Source of the DNA: Macrostomum lignano | Taxonomy: Eukaryota | Length of the DNA stretch: 47,434 nt | Assembly (NCBI GenBank): GCA_002269645.1 | Contig: NIVC01003315.1 | Coordinates: 1-47,434, forward strand | Direction of reading: 5' to 3' | Translations under genes and position numbers: made by a program | Shown here: positions 21,229 to 33,699 of the stretch, piece after piece | Layout: every line of letters begins with the position of its first letter | How positions within the stretch are numbered: position 1 is the stretch's first letter | The notes under the pieces: model-generated | The model's input: only the letters and a program-made list of their open reading frames with translations | What the model was told of the DNA's origin: nothing | The model's database searches: none

Positions 21229-24200
21229 TTAATTAGTCAGCCTGTCAATGAGCTGCCGCAGCACGATGTTGCGCGTCCTGCCGCTCGAAGCTCGCACCTT
21301 GACGCCCTCTGCAATCTGCGCATGACTCAGAGCCACGCAGACCTGGCCATGTTGATAGCAGGCCATCGCCAGGTCAACGGCGTAGGTGCTCAGCGTCTGG
21401 CCTTGGCTATGGTGGATGGTCATGGCGAAACACAATCGGATCGGGAACTGCAGGCGGCGGAAGGTGAAGGGCAGCTCGGTTGGACCCGACTCCTGTTGGA
21501 TCCGCGGGATAAAAACCTGCCGCCCGTGGTAGCTGACGCCCGTGGCGACCTCCGAAAGCAGTACGTTGTCCCGCAGTTCGCGAAGCAGCAGCCGGGTCTC
21601 GTGGCACATCAGCGGAGGGTCCAGATTCCTCGTCATCATGACCGGCATGCCGACCTTCAGCTCTAACCGGTGATGTGGCAGGCCGTTGGAGTCCAACCGG
21701 TTCAGCAGCTCCGGTAGGGAAGTTGCTCGCTGCCCCATCGTCGTGCGGAAATTGAGTCGACCGACAGGTAGACCCGACTCTCACCGGGAAGCAGCGCCAA
21801 GCAGGTGACGTTGGCTTCGTCCAGGGTCTTGTTGAGCGGTCTTATCTTGCTCCGCGTACATCTGGTTGGTTCAAACGATGGTTAGACGTGCCGGATGAGC
21901 TACTAGTTGTGTCCTCAGGCTTGAAAATAAATTCAACATTCAGCGTTCAAGCTCAAGTTTTTCGATAGATCTTGGTTAATTCTAAAATAAGGTTGTAGTG
22001 TGCGTACGCACGGTATCTTAGCCCAAAGTGTACGCCCGGGCGGTCTGATTGGCTGCAGAGCGGGGTGGGTGCCGCCACCCCAATTCTAGCTCTAAATATA
22101 TAGATGTGTGCCCAGCGCGGCGAGAGTGTAAGAGTTTCGACTACACCGCAAACACGGCCTCTGTCTCAGTTACTACAAGGGTTAAAGGAAATTCACCTGA
22201 TCTGGCTCAACACGTGGCTCAGGCAGTCCGTAGGCAAGCAGCTCAGTTCCTCCCATGGTGTCCAGCAGTGTCTACAGCTCTCGCTAAACCTCCAACTCGG
22301 CAGCCTCTGGGCTATAGCCTTAGTCTAGCAGATCAACTCGCCGGAGAACTTCTGCCACAGCTTTGCAGGGTCGCTGGGGCCGCCTGCATGGCGACACAAA
22401 ATGGCAGCGAAAAGGCGGCGCAGAGCCGCTGGCAACCGCGTCTCCGTGGCTTCGCACAGGCAAAGTCACCATGGTGCCTGTCGTCTTCCAGCAGTCCACG
22501 AGTCTGGCAGGCGGCAGCAGTCCTCTGAAGGTCGGCAGCAGGACGCCATCAACGGTGCGCAACGCCTCGAATGACGTCGGGCCTCGAACATTCACCAGCA
22601 GCAGGCGCAGGCAGAAACTGTCTCCCGTCCGAGGGCTAACTGTGTAGACGCGGCCGTTGTTGCCAGTCGTCAGCACGCCAGCTGGCTGATCGGCAGTCTC
22701 TCGGCTGTGCCTCGCGCGATGCCACTGGTGCGCCCTGTTGTCTCAGGTGAAGTTCCGGGGTACCTCCTGGTACAGCAGGTCTCGCGCAACTGCATCCTGG
22801 TCGTCCTTCAGGCTGATGAAGGGCCAGTCTGATGACAGCCGGATACCGACTGTTCATGTGCACTTAAAAGCCCAAGATGGTGCTGACCACCTCCATGGGA
22901 CTAAAGTACCCGCCCAGAAGGTGCTGCCTGACTTGCGCTTCGCTGGCGCCGCCTTGGTCTGAGCTGACTGATGGGGCTGCTGATCGCCACTTTCCTGAAG
23001 AGCCGCCGCGTCGCTAGCCGTAGTAGCATGGCTGTCGGCCTTCGCATCAGCAGCAGCAGCTAGCTCCTTCCGGACTTGGAATTCGCTGCCCTTAAATATA
23101 AGGGTACCGACGTAGTTTAACGCCTTGACTGTCGCACAGATCTAGACGTTCAGGTGAGACCTAAACTCGTGCAGCAGCACAGGGCAGTAAGCACGACCTA
23201 GCGCGGTTTGCCTTCTGACCGCCGCGCAGCTTTGCGACCTTGGCCACCGAGAAGCCGCTTATCTAAGTTAATATGCGATGATAGTGCGGGTAGCCGTCCT
23301 CTTGAATCATGGTGACTGCCTAGAACTCTCTCGGATAGCGCTTGCTACATGCGCCATTCTCCATGCACGACGCGTCTGGATTCAGCTGCATTACACAGGG
23401 ACCATGTGTTGTATTTTCTGCTTCCGTCCGTGCGGACCGCAGACGGGCTGATCAGGGGTTCGGGTACTGGACTGCCCAGAGCTTGCCAGGTGGGATAGGC
23501 GAGAGAGTGGCGACCCCCGAGGCGTACGAACACTTCGAGGTGGAGGTGGAGAGGCTGGGAGCGTACAGACACTCGGCCAGCCCCACGGAGAGAGGGAGAC
23601 GCAGATGAGGAGGCTGTGAGCAGGTAGCCACTCAGCAGCAACAGCAGAGGTGAGCACGGGTCTGGAGGCGTACAGACACTTCGCAGACCCGAAGGAAGAC
23701 GGTGGCGAGAGAGGTAAATAATGAAGGCGGGACAAATTAACGAAAGCGAACGCTGTCTTACCGGGCGGGGTCACTTGTCGCGCTGATGCAGGCGTGGCCT
23801 CTAATATCTCAGCCTCAGTTGACTGTATTTCAATTTCAAGCTTCACTTTCACTCAAACACGTGTAGAGCTAGAGTTGTAGAGAGAGAGCAGGGAGGGCGA
23901 GAGCCGGGCGAGGGCCGCGCGCGCACATAAATACTGGGTGAGCACTGAGCAGGGGACTGGGGAGGGCTTAGCCACGCAGGGCTGGGGGTGGGGGCAAAAC
24001 TCACAGAGTTGAAGGGCGAGAGGGAAGGCTAGCCAATCAGGTGCCTCCGCGGCGAGACACATGATTGGACTAGCCCACGCGAGAGAGAGAGATGAAAATA
24101 CGCCAGCCAATGAAAATGTGGGCTGATGAAAGTGAGAACAAAAAATGAATAGCAGCTTTAGACGGAGGGGGCAAGCCAGAAAAAACCAGTGGCAGGGAGA

Positions 24201-25030
24201 GGAGGGGCGGAGAGCGCAGAGGTCGGGGCAAGGGCATTGCGAGGCGCAGCTCACAACACCGACCAGCTTGTGCGTCGGCAACGGGATCCGGGAGTTCTGC
24301 ACTGATGATGGCGACATACTGACCCGGCTTCAGCTTAACAGTCAACCAAAGCAGTGCGTGCACGTGGGGAAGACCTACTTGGAGTGGGATTGGAAAATGA
24401 AAGTTCGATCTAACCAGATGATCAGCAAATACATATATAATGATTCTGTCTCTATGAATAACATTTTAACCATTTTATTAGTACATAATAAAGTAGGCAA
24501 TCAATAATGGCATGATAGTAGTTACTTCGCTTCTGGCACTCGAGAGCGCAGACTCGACCCAGCGTGTCGCCAAACAGAATCTTCAGCCTGTCGAGGAAGG
24601 TCTTCTTTGGCTCGAACACCCAGTCGGTGATACCCGGCCGGCCGATCCACGGCAGTTTGGCCATACAGCAGCTCAGCAAGGATCTCAGGCCATTTCGGGT
24701 TACACGTCATTGTCAGGAACAGATCTGGGCGGCCGAAGGCGTGCACATACGCCATGGCATCCTGCCGACGTTCTAGACGGTACCGAGGGCCACCGACGTT
24801 AGCTAGACGTCAGGATGACCTGGTTCCCGATGTCGATCCCCCTCGGGTCGATCTCGCTCGGGTCTCCGTCATTCTCGTGGAGGGTGTCTCGCAATCCGTG
24901 CAAGCACTTTGACAGAAGTTCCTTCCGGTGCAGCCGGATGTAGTTGAGCCTCTCCAACTCAATCTTGGCAGTAATCCTGAGCACATCAAGCGCCAATACT
25001 GTACGCAGGCACGCACTCGTACAACGCTCA
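21229..25030 (-). mobile_element. Decayed Helitron Rep-helicase, fragmented by deletions and insertions
   Basis: In order on the minus strand: IELERLNYIR..L..L.D (24996-24800); MAYVHAFGRPDLFLTMTCNPKWPEI (24755); LLHEFRSHLNV.ICATVKALNY (~23170-23110); GRVYTVSP..FCLRLLLVNVRGPTSFEALRTVDG (22650); PIF1-type LELKVGMPVMMTRNLD..RLQFPIRLCFAMTIHHSQGQTL (21700-21370). Confidence 0.9.
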
Positions 25031-26364
25031 CACAGGACGCTATCTAAAATTTTCAGGACATTTCAATAGAATTCCTTCATATTGTACAGATTTTTCCTTG
25101 AATAAAAGTTACTTTTTGAACGTGATATTTGATTTTTGGCTGGCTGGAAAGCAGCTTAAGCACTGTAAGTAAAGTAGCTACGTTGCACGTATACAGTACA
25201 TATATAGCCAACGGTTTTTTTCAAGAACGGGGCCCAGTTGACTCTCACGTGTCCGCTGCAAACCAATTCAGTGACCAGGAAAATCTCTGCTTCGTGGCTG
25301 TTTTGGCAATTGATTTTTCAATGCTGAGGAAGGTTTGTATGAAGTAATATGAAGGAAATGAAGGAATCTTTCAATTTCTTAATAGCTATTTGATAAGGAA
25401 AGTCAGTTTCAATATTTTCAGCCAATCTTCTTCAAGCAGTACCAACGAGTTTACTACTAAAAGATTGAGTAGCCATACATGTATATCCCTATTTTCCTTA
25501 AATAGATACAACACTCTTGGCTTTCACGAATCTTAACAAAAAATTCGTTTCGTTTTCACTTCAGTCAGTGTCCTAGTGTTGCTACTATGCATAGTAGCTA
25601 TAGTGTGCTTTGTATTGGTTTGGTTTGTTCCGTTATTTTAAAATTCCAATTATGTGAAGAAAATGACAATATTTTAAAAGATTTATTATTATAGAATCTA
25701 AAACAACTAAAAAGAAAAGACAACGAAATAGCAAAACTGTTATATTTGAACATTTTAATTTCGAAGAAGTTGGAAAATTTTGATGATGAAACTTTCATTT
25801 TTCTTAACTTAAAAAATTATACAATTTCAAAGTGGCCGTACAGTAATGTAAAACAGCAAACGTGCGCTTAAGCTGCTACCTTGTAAATTTGTTAATTAAA
25901 AGTTAGAAATTGATATCAGACAGTTAATCGAGTACATAAATATTTAAAGATAAAAGTTTCATTTAGAAAGGTTAAGAACGTAATTTTTTCAAACGGAAAG
26001 GTTATCTGGTTTAAGATATTGAATTTTCTGATGAAGTGGAGTCAAAAAATAGGAATGGGTCCATATAACTACAGCCACAAGCAAAAGTATATCATGGAAT
26101 GCGGAACTCAATCCAAAAAAATCCAAGAAAAAATGGGTGCTACAAAGAAGTAAAATTTACCCCAGGGAAGACTGCAGAGGAATGCACTCGATTTTCTTAG
26201 AAATGAGCTGAATGCCGACAAGGAATGCACATTTTTAGTACCGCCACAAAGTGACTTTAGTACATGTACTCTAACCGGTGTGCCTCTCAAGAAGAGTTAA
26301 TTATCTCGACCCAGCTTGTCTACGGTGAAGCCCTTTTGAGCGCTATGCTTTCTCTAAAGTAATA

Positions 26365-26678
26365 AAATAATTATTTAATACACCTGCCCTAATGGTCAGA
26401 TGTGCAACTGAGAGACAGCTCAGCCGCAGCTATTGCGCGGCGCATCTGAAGGCTGCGTACGGCTGTTCAGTCCAAGGACTGGGGGGGGGGGGGTCGCCAC
26501 ACACACCCTCAATTACCCCAGCTAATACTGGCACCCATTTTACAGCTGGGTGGAACTGAAGCAATGCAGAGTTAAGTGTCTTGCTCAAGGACACAATTTG
26601 TCCCGAATGGATCGAGAATCGAACCCCCTACCTTTTATTCACAAGTCCGACTCTCTGACCACAATAGGCTATACAACC
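26365..26678 (-). mobile_element. tRNA-derived SINE
   Basis: A-box-like TAGCCTATTGTGG, B-box GGTTCGATTCT, core TTGTGTCCTTGAGCAAGACACTTAAC and an AT-rich tail. Absent from the paralogous flank at ~9150-9200. Confidence 0.75.
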
Positions 26679-26944
26679 CCTGTTACCGACCTCCAGCTCA
26701 TTTCTGAGATAATCAGCGCCAAAAAGTGTTTAGCCAATGATAAACACTACAAGTAATGGCCTTGAGCCTGCCAATTTAGTGCTACAATGAGATATTTAAC
26801 ATTCTTCCAATGCAATATCCCTCGAAAACTATGGGTTTTGATTGGATTTTGGTTCGATGTTTTAGTTGGCTGTTCGATTTCACAATGCTTCCTTATCTTA
26901 GAGCAATTTATTCATTGATGTCCAGCGTTTAACTCCTTAACTTC

Positions 26945-27738
26945 TTAGTTGCAGTTGGCACGAGCGACGGCTGCAATGACGACCTTTCCAGGAGGACCGC
27001 TGTTGTGCCCGTTCGATCCCTCGGAGTTCCTACCCGATGCGTCCACGAAGCTGCCGCCTCCGCCTCCTCCAACGCCGCTGCTGCCTGATCCGCCGCAACC
27101 ACCGGAGTAGCCGCCGCCTCCGCCGCCGGCGCCTCCGCCGCTACCGTCTGTGCCGCCGCCTCCGCCGCCTCCGCCGTAGCCACCATCGCCTTTGCCGTCT
27201 GCGTCGCCTCCCGTCCAGCTTCCGGTGGCGCTCTGTCCTCCATAGCCTCCATTGTTGCCTGTGGGTCCGGAATCTCCAGCAGAGCCCCAGCCAGCTCCAC
27301 TGCCGCCAGACCTGTCAGTGCCCTTGCTGGTACCTCCCTGTCCGACAGTCGAGCCGGAACAAGTGCTGCTAGTGCCATCGCTGCCGTCTTTTCCCGAGTA
27401 CGAGCTGGAGCCATCACCGCCTCCACCGCCTCCTCCGGCAGCCATAAGCAGCTGATGCGAGTTACTGCTTCTGGTTATATAGACAAAGGTTCCGCCTCCA
27501 CCGCCGCCGCCGCCGTTATTGCTGTGATCACTTCCTGAGTTGGTCCCAGACTTTCCAACGACAATCTTGAGCGTCTCGGTCAGATTGAAATAGGCCATTT
27601 TGTAAGCTCCTTTGCCTCCAGTTGCACCTTTTGTTGACTGGCCACCGTTGGCGCCCCACGCTTCGATTTTGTAGCAGGTGTTCACTTCCGGTGGTTTGAA
27701 GGATTGCACTGATCCCGTCTTTCCAGTTGTGCCACTCG
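26945..27738 (-). CDS. Gene B exon 2: ALK/LTK-like glycine-rich domain
   Basis: Acceptor cacttcag|CG at 27739/27738 (phase 1). Intact frame SGTTGKTGSVQSFKPPEVNTCYKIEAWGANGG...GKVVIAAVARANCN*. Confidence 0.85.
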
Positions 27739-29067
27739 CTGAAGTGCGTTTGATAAGGGATGAGCGCTCAATTGAAATCCATTACGTGTACATTCTAGAA
27801 GTCGCTAAATGTACTCTAACACTTCGCGGAAAATGTATTTACAATCTGAGCATTAAAAGTATATTTAGCCTGCGAATGGCTGCTGGATGTGCTGCTTGTT
27901 CATTACTGACAAGACAATGTCTTGTCGATTTGAGTGACAGAGATCGATTTCGCTTGTTGGTCATTTGCAGCCCTTATGGTTTGGTTTTCTCACTAAGTTT
28001 CCTCACAGAACCTGTCGAAGCACTCAAATTTCTCAAAGCGCAACTAATCATATTCTCAACCTGCAGGTGACCTTGGATTCCACAGTCATATCGAGGCTTC
28101 TAGACAGGGTGACAGCTACTGCTGACAAATTACCAATGACTTTTCTTTTTTTGAGCAGTAATGATGGGGAGCCAGGAGAAAAGAACGATGTTTCAGGGGT
28201 TGCTGCACCGGGTGTCAATGCGATCAAAGTCTCTGAACTTGCCGGAGTATCCTGTTTCAGCAAATAAATGAACAGAAAACAATGTAAAATTTTGCACTCA
28301 AGGTAAATAATCAAGCGGAAGGAACAGAATATGAAGATGGGAAGATTTGGGCTGATCCCAGAGAATTCCTGTGGTACAAAACAGATCTATTGAAGCTTTT
28401 AAGCGTCTAAGAAACTCATAAACATGTACCGGGTATGCAGGCTCTGATCGATCCTATACAACTCATGATGACCCATCAATAAGCACGTGTGGACTTGAAA
28501 CTTATATACATATGTTTGCAATAATATGTAAGAATCGTCTCCTAGAAAGAGTGCAAAGGTGACAGAGAAAAACATAATTAACAAGTCTTATATATTACTT
28601 TAAGAAATAGCTCCCAAATCAGAGAGAAAAATGACAAAAATTAACTGCCAGTAGTCAATACTGCACTTAGGCCAATATGCGAATGTAGAATTTGAAAAAA
28701 ATTTGCATCATCATGATCGGTTCTTTCTTTAACTCCCTGGTCCCTGATTCATACATGCGCCGGCATTTCGACAGATGAAATTCCTCTAGGGAGAGACTAT
28801 ACGCTCGTACTATTCCATAGGTAGAAGAGGATATGATGTACAATATTATTATACATGTACAGCCAGTAAGGCATAAATGATGTACTTCGTTTCATTTATG
28901 CTTTTATCAGCTTTGACTCCACTAAGAGAGAAAAAGTAGTGGCGTAAATAAATGTGTGCATATAAATTTTCTACACGCCGATTGCTTGAAAAATATATAC
29001 CAAGATTTCTCAACGCCTATTATATAGCATTAATTATACAAACAGAAACATTAAAAATTCCGCCTAC

Positions 29068-29494
29068 CATTAAAGACGACCATCGGCGTTGCAGTAGTTG
29101 AGGTCGTAGTCGAAGTCGTAATCGGAGTCGTAGTGGTCGGAGCCGTAGTAGTCATCGAAGTAGTCTCACAATCTGCTCTGGTTCGCAGCACCTGCGTGTT
29201 GCAGGCCGGCCCGGTGCTGAGCTGCCAGTAAAGCAGCAGGTCGCAGCTGTCTCCCAGAATGCATGACCAGTTGCTAGGCAAGTACTCATAGACTGAGCAC
29301 AGGGTCGTGTTGCTCGCGCATTCGACAGCGCACACTCGAGCATCAGTAACCCTGAGCACCTTGCGCTGACCGCTCGCATCAGTCGCAGCATTGTAGCACA
29401 GGTCCGGCCTCTTGTCGAAGACAAAAGTCAGTGGAGATGTAAGTGAACCCAGAACTGCCAGTATAATGGCAATTCTGAGAATACTTGTAGACAT
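29068..29494 (-). CDS. Gene B exon 1: signal peptide + PAN/apple-like domain + short Thr stalk
   Basis: MSTSILRIAIILAVLGSLTS leader, the same Cys pattern as gene A, TTT-rich linker, and end MVVFN-G|GTAGGC (phase 1, donor at 29067). Confidence 0.85.
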
Positions 29495-32400
29495 TAACTA
29501 TAATTCCAGCTGTAAAAGCAATTGCTGCAGATAAAAGCCGTCTTAGTTAACGGAGGTGTGCAGAGGAGCGCGCTGATGCAGCAACTTTATAGCCATTTCA
29601 AGTTGCCAATTGTGCGCTTCACCCACCCCACAATGTCTCAAGCTCGCAGTAGCTACGGAGTAAACATGTTTAGTTACCAAGGTAACTGAGTTTAAATGCT
29701 ATACCTGACTTCTATAGCCTCAAAATCGAGTGCTAATGCATTCATGAGGTTAGGGCAGAAGTCGCTGGGAAGTCAAAGAGGCATGTCTCTACGCTCGTGT
29801 GCACATTCTTGCATTGACAATCGGCTTCTTCTTCTAGTCCCCCCCTAGCTGCTGGCGCTGCAGCACCTCTTTTCGCTGCCGGTAAAATTGCATACTTGAC
29901 TGCGCTGGGTCAAATCCCACACTAAGAAGTTTTATTCTATCTGCTTTTTGTCAGTTTTTCTGCGAGGTGGAAGCTTAATAGCTGTTGTGTTAGAGAGCAA
30001 TATTGTTCTCACTTCCTCACTTTCCCTAGCAATCGACAGTCTCTAGAGATACTGCAGGGCTTGTTTGACTTTTTCTCCTGATACATTCCGTGTACATGTA
30101 AGAGCCAAGAGCTTCTATATTAGCCTATGCATATAGCTACATGTGTATACGGATGCATCGCATAGTATTGCGTGCACGTAAAGAGGACCACCCCCGGCCA
30201 ACAAATCGCCCCCGCAAAAATGCACCGTCTCCATTTTAACTTCTGAAAAACTACATGTAAGTGAAAAGAACATGTCAACCAAACTTGACGAACGACGCAG
30301 TAGCTCAACTTTTGCCGCTCTTTGCATTGAACGTTTGCCTGCATGGGGATCATTGCCGGGGGCACGCATATCCCCCACTAATTCTACTATAGCCCCTGTC
30401 CACAAAGACAATTAGACATCAAATATCAATTGGCATTCCATTAGCTTAGGATTGCGTCACTATAGCTTTTCAATTAATATTTCTGTGCGTCAGTGCCACT
30501 ATAATTTACTAAACTCTTTTTTAATAGCTTTGCAATAAATTTTTAATAGCGGCTCAAATCTTCCATATAACAAAATCTGAATAATAATGCTAATTTTGAA
30601 CCCAACAATACGCAACTCGTTTAGGAAAATGTTTAGAAATACAGTACATAGTAGCAAACAATAATAAACAAAGTAACATGTACATGTAAAATAATTGGTT
30701 ATATCCGCTATTAATTTTTTTCAGATTTATGATGCTGTCCAAGAGGACTTGGTATTCTCACGTACCAAATTGTTCACAGTAAGCAATTTCCCGCTAAGCT
30801 GTTATATTAAATTATTATGTACGAGAATAAATGTAACAATAAATAACATATTTCACTCTAACAAAAATTTTAATTTGAGTTGAGCTATTAACATCTTCTA
30901 TCGTTATTATACCACTTAAGTTAAAATTTTTTACTTAAAATTAAAAGTATAGTTAAGCCCCTAAATTATGAGGTAAAAAGTTATGCTTCGAAAAATCAAA
31001 ATGCTTCTGGAATTCTCAAATTCTGGAATCAAAATTGATAAAATATAACAGCCACAGTTTTGGCGTCATTTTAAACAACAAAAATTGTTGAGGCGTGCAC
31101 GCATGATGCAGCGTACGCACGACCCGCCGCGGCGTGCATGTCGCCGGCTAATGCACAGCGCAGCTGCAAGCGAGCTGTTCATGAACTCGACATTTAATGA
31201 AAGGACCCTCGACATGTTTGTGAGGTCTTACGAAAAGCAAAAACAAAAACAAACAGATAAATGTCTGACTCTAAGAACGGACTGTTTGTAGAATAGAATG
31301 TAGAGCTGAATCTTTATTCTTTATCTTTACTATAGTATATAGTAGGCCGATGACTATGTAGCATTAACAGCATATAAAGCGAGAATTAGGGTGGCAGTTT
31401 TGCATAGATCTTTTCAAGAGTCAAGACTTCCGAAGGTTATAGAGGTATAAACCCTACCTCTACAGGGTACTTTAAGTTTAAAGTCATTTAATAATACTAT
31501 AAGTAACTGGGGCTATGGCCTATTGATTTAGTAAATTTATAATATAGACTATGTCTATAGATATTGTACAACATAAGTATGATAGGTCATAAGCATATTC
31601 TATATAATTTTTCTTATTATTGCCTATGCAGTAGGCCCCCTATTACATATTGAAAGCATTTAATTTTTTAGAATGTTGGCCTAACTGGCTAAATTGCTTG
31701 AATTTTTTAAACTTGGACATAGCCTTAGATTAGGCCTATGCAATAGGCCTAGCCCTAGGCTTGAATTTCATCCTATTTAACTTTCAATATATTATATTAT
31801 ATCATATATTATAGAGTATAGTAAAGTAAATAGGATATAATATCATATTCTTATTTTTAATTTTATATAAAGTATATAGCTAGCTAACCTAAGTTAACAT
31901 ATAGATTTGTCTTGCATTTAAAGTAAAATTTTAATAAGTATAAATCATTATCAGGCATAGTTCTAGTTTACTTCATTATATTATTTCATAATTCTACTTT
32001 ACTTTGTTATATTAATTTCATGTATTTTCTTGCATCTGTACTCTTACCACAACCCTTTGAGCAATGCACTTTTCAAGGCCCATCTCGAGAAGTATATCTG
32101 GCGCGGCATGTACCATAATAACCCCTTTGGCGCCATGCTGTACTGGGCCTTTGTTTATTATCCTATTTAGGACTTGACTTGACCTTGAACCTGAAATTGA
32201 TAGAAGAAATAATTTAACAAAAGGCAGAATAATATAATGAAGTAAACTAGAACTATGCCCATTATCAAATTAAACTTATTCATTTGCTTATTAATAGTGT
32301 AGGACCTAGGTTTTGTGCTAAATTTCCACTTTCTAGGTTGTTAGTTGCCAATATAGCACATTTTTGGAATACAATTTCAGATCTTGCAAACATGTAGCAT

Positions 32401-32827
32401 AGGTTTATAAACATGCTTAGACATAGTAAATGATATACATCCCTATTGTAGTGCATGACTTAGATATGCCAGATGCCTACCTTAACTATATCACAGTAGC
32501 ATGGTAGTTGATAGATAGAGAGAAGTACTTTGCTTATTAGCTTTTTTTGTCTCTTGCTGTTTTCTTATACTATGCTAGGCCTCCTGCTGCTTTGCCATGC
32601 TGCACTGTGCTAGGCTAATCCACACTAGATGCTATCTATCAAAATGCCTATGCATTGCAATTGGGTTATATATGAATAAGGCCTATAACTAATTTTGCAA
32701 TAGTGCTATATAGCACTAAAATTAAGCAACTTGTATATTGGAAAATTGTACATAGTATTTATACATGCAGTTATTCAAATAAATATGATAATTGCTATTG
32801 CCAAAATGTTTATTTGTTATTCTTGGA

Positions 32828-32980
32828 TGCAACCTAGGGATTTACCTGACCATTTCTATTGGTAACACACATATAAGTCACTATTGGATAGAAGAGTAGT
32901 CACGTGACTGCTCTTAGCCAATAGCAACTTACATGTATATGTTGCCAATAGAAATGGCCAAATAATTCTCAAGGTTGCGC
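32828..32980. repeat. Imperfect ~150-bp palindrome centred on CACGTG (32901-32906)
   Basis: Left arm CCATTTCTATTGGTAAC..CTATTGG..AAGAGTAGTCAC pairs with right arm GTGACTGCTCTT..CCAATAG..GTTGCCAATAGAAATGG. Confidence 0.8.
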
Positions 32981-33106
32981 ATGTATGTTATTTGTCACAA
33001 AATTATTGCCAAAATGTCTTGTCACTGAAGTGACTAGCATCTATAAAATGCCTTATATGCCTATCTGGAAATATATATATATATACCTAGTACTACATAG
33101 ATGATA

Positions 33107-33699
33107 CCCTATAGGAAAAAGTTGTAAAACCGCGGACGGTGTCCGGCGCACTTTTGAAATTTTTCTAAAGCGCAGCGCGCGCACAGGCGCATCGCCTGCG
33201 CGCGCGCTGCCCTTTCTTACTGGCTGCTGCTCTAGCAAATACATATACATGGAAATGGGTATAATACCCCTGTTGAAGGGGCTTATACACTCGTAATTTA
33301 TTAAGCTTAGAGATGTTCCGAGAATTCAATTTCAATTTTCCAAAATTTGAAATTTTTTAGAGCGAATTTCAATTTAGAAAAAAATTTAGAAGTGAAAATT
33401 TTGGTAGTGTCTAAAAAGTCGCTAAAAATAAACTACTTTCTACTACATATACATGTATTACTTCTTGCTTAAGCAGTAAATTGAAAGTAAAAAAGTGAGT
33501 GTTGATCATACTAAACTTTGTTTTTCTGAATTATGATTTCGGGAAATTTCAATTTTGATTTTGGAAAGTTAGCAAATTTTGATTTCGACGAAACTGCAGA
33601 TCTTTCGGAACATCTCTAATAATCCTAAAGCGCGGTAAAATAGTTTGACTCTTTTCTAAAGCGCGCGTCCGCGGATTTTTAACATTTATTCCAATAGGG
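33107..33699. mobile_element. MITE with 8-bp TSD (AGATGATA)
   Basis: TIRs CCCTATAGGAAAAAGTTGTAAAACCGCGGACG and CGTCCGCGGATTTTTAACATTTATTCCAATAGGG. TSD at 33099-33106 and 33700-33707. Confidence 0.8.
33310..33616. mobile_element. MITE with TA TSD nested in the previous MITE
   Basis: GAGATGTTCCGA ... TCGGAACATCTC, flanked by TA at 33308-33309 and 33617-33618. Confidence 0.7.

Noticed and set aside
23824-24330. Possible second solo LTR (TGT...ACA) inside the Helitron
   Set aside because: The flanks GTTGAC/GTCAAC are inverted rather than a direct TSD, and no PBS or PPT was seen.
28065-28251. Possible cassette exon in the gene B intron (DTPASSETL...)
   Set aside because: Entered in phase 1 from exon 1 it hits TGA after about 18 codons, the donor is weak, and the paralogous segment in gene A has stops.
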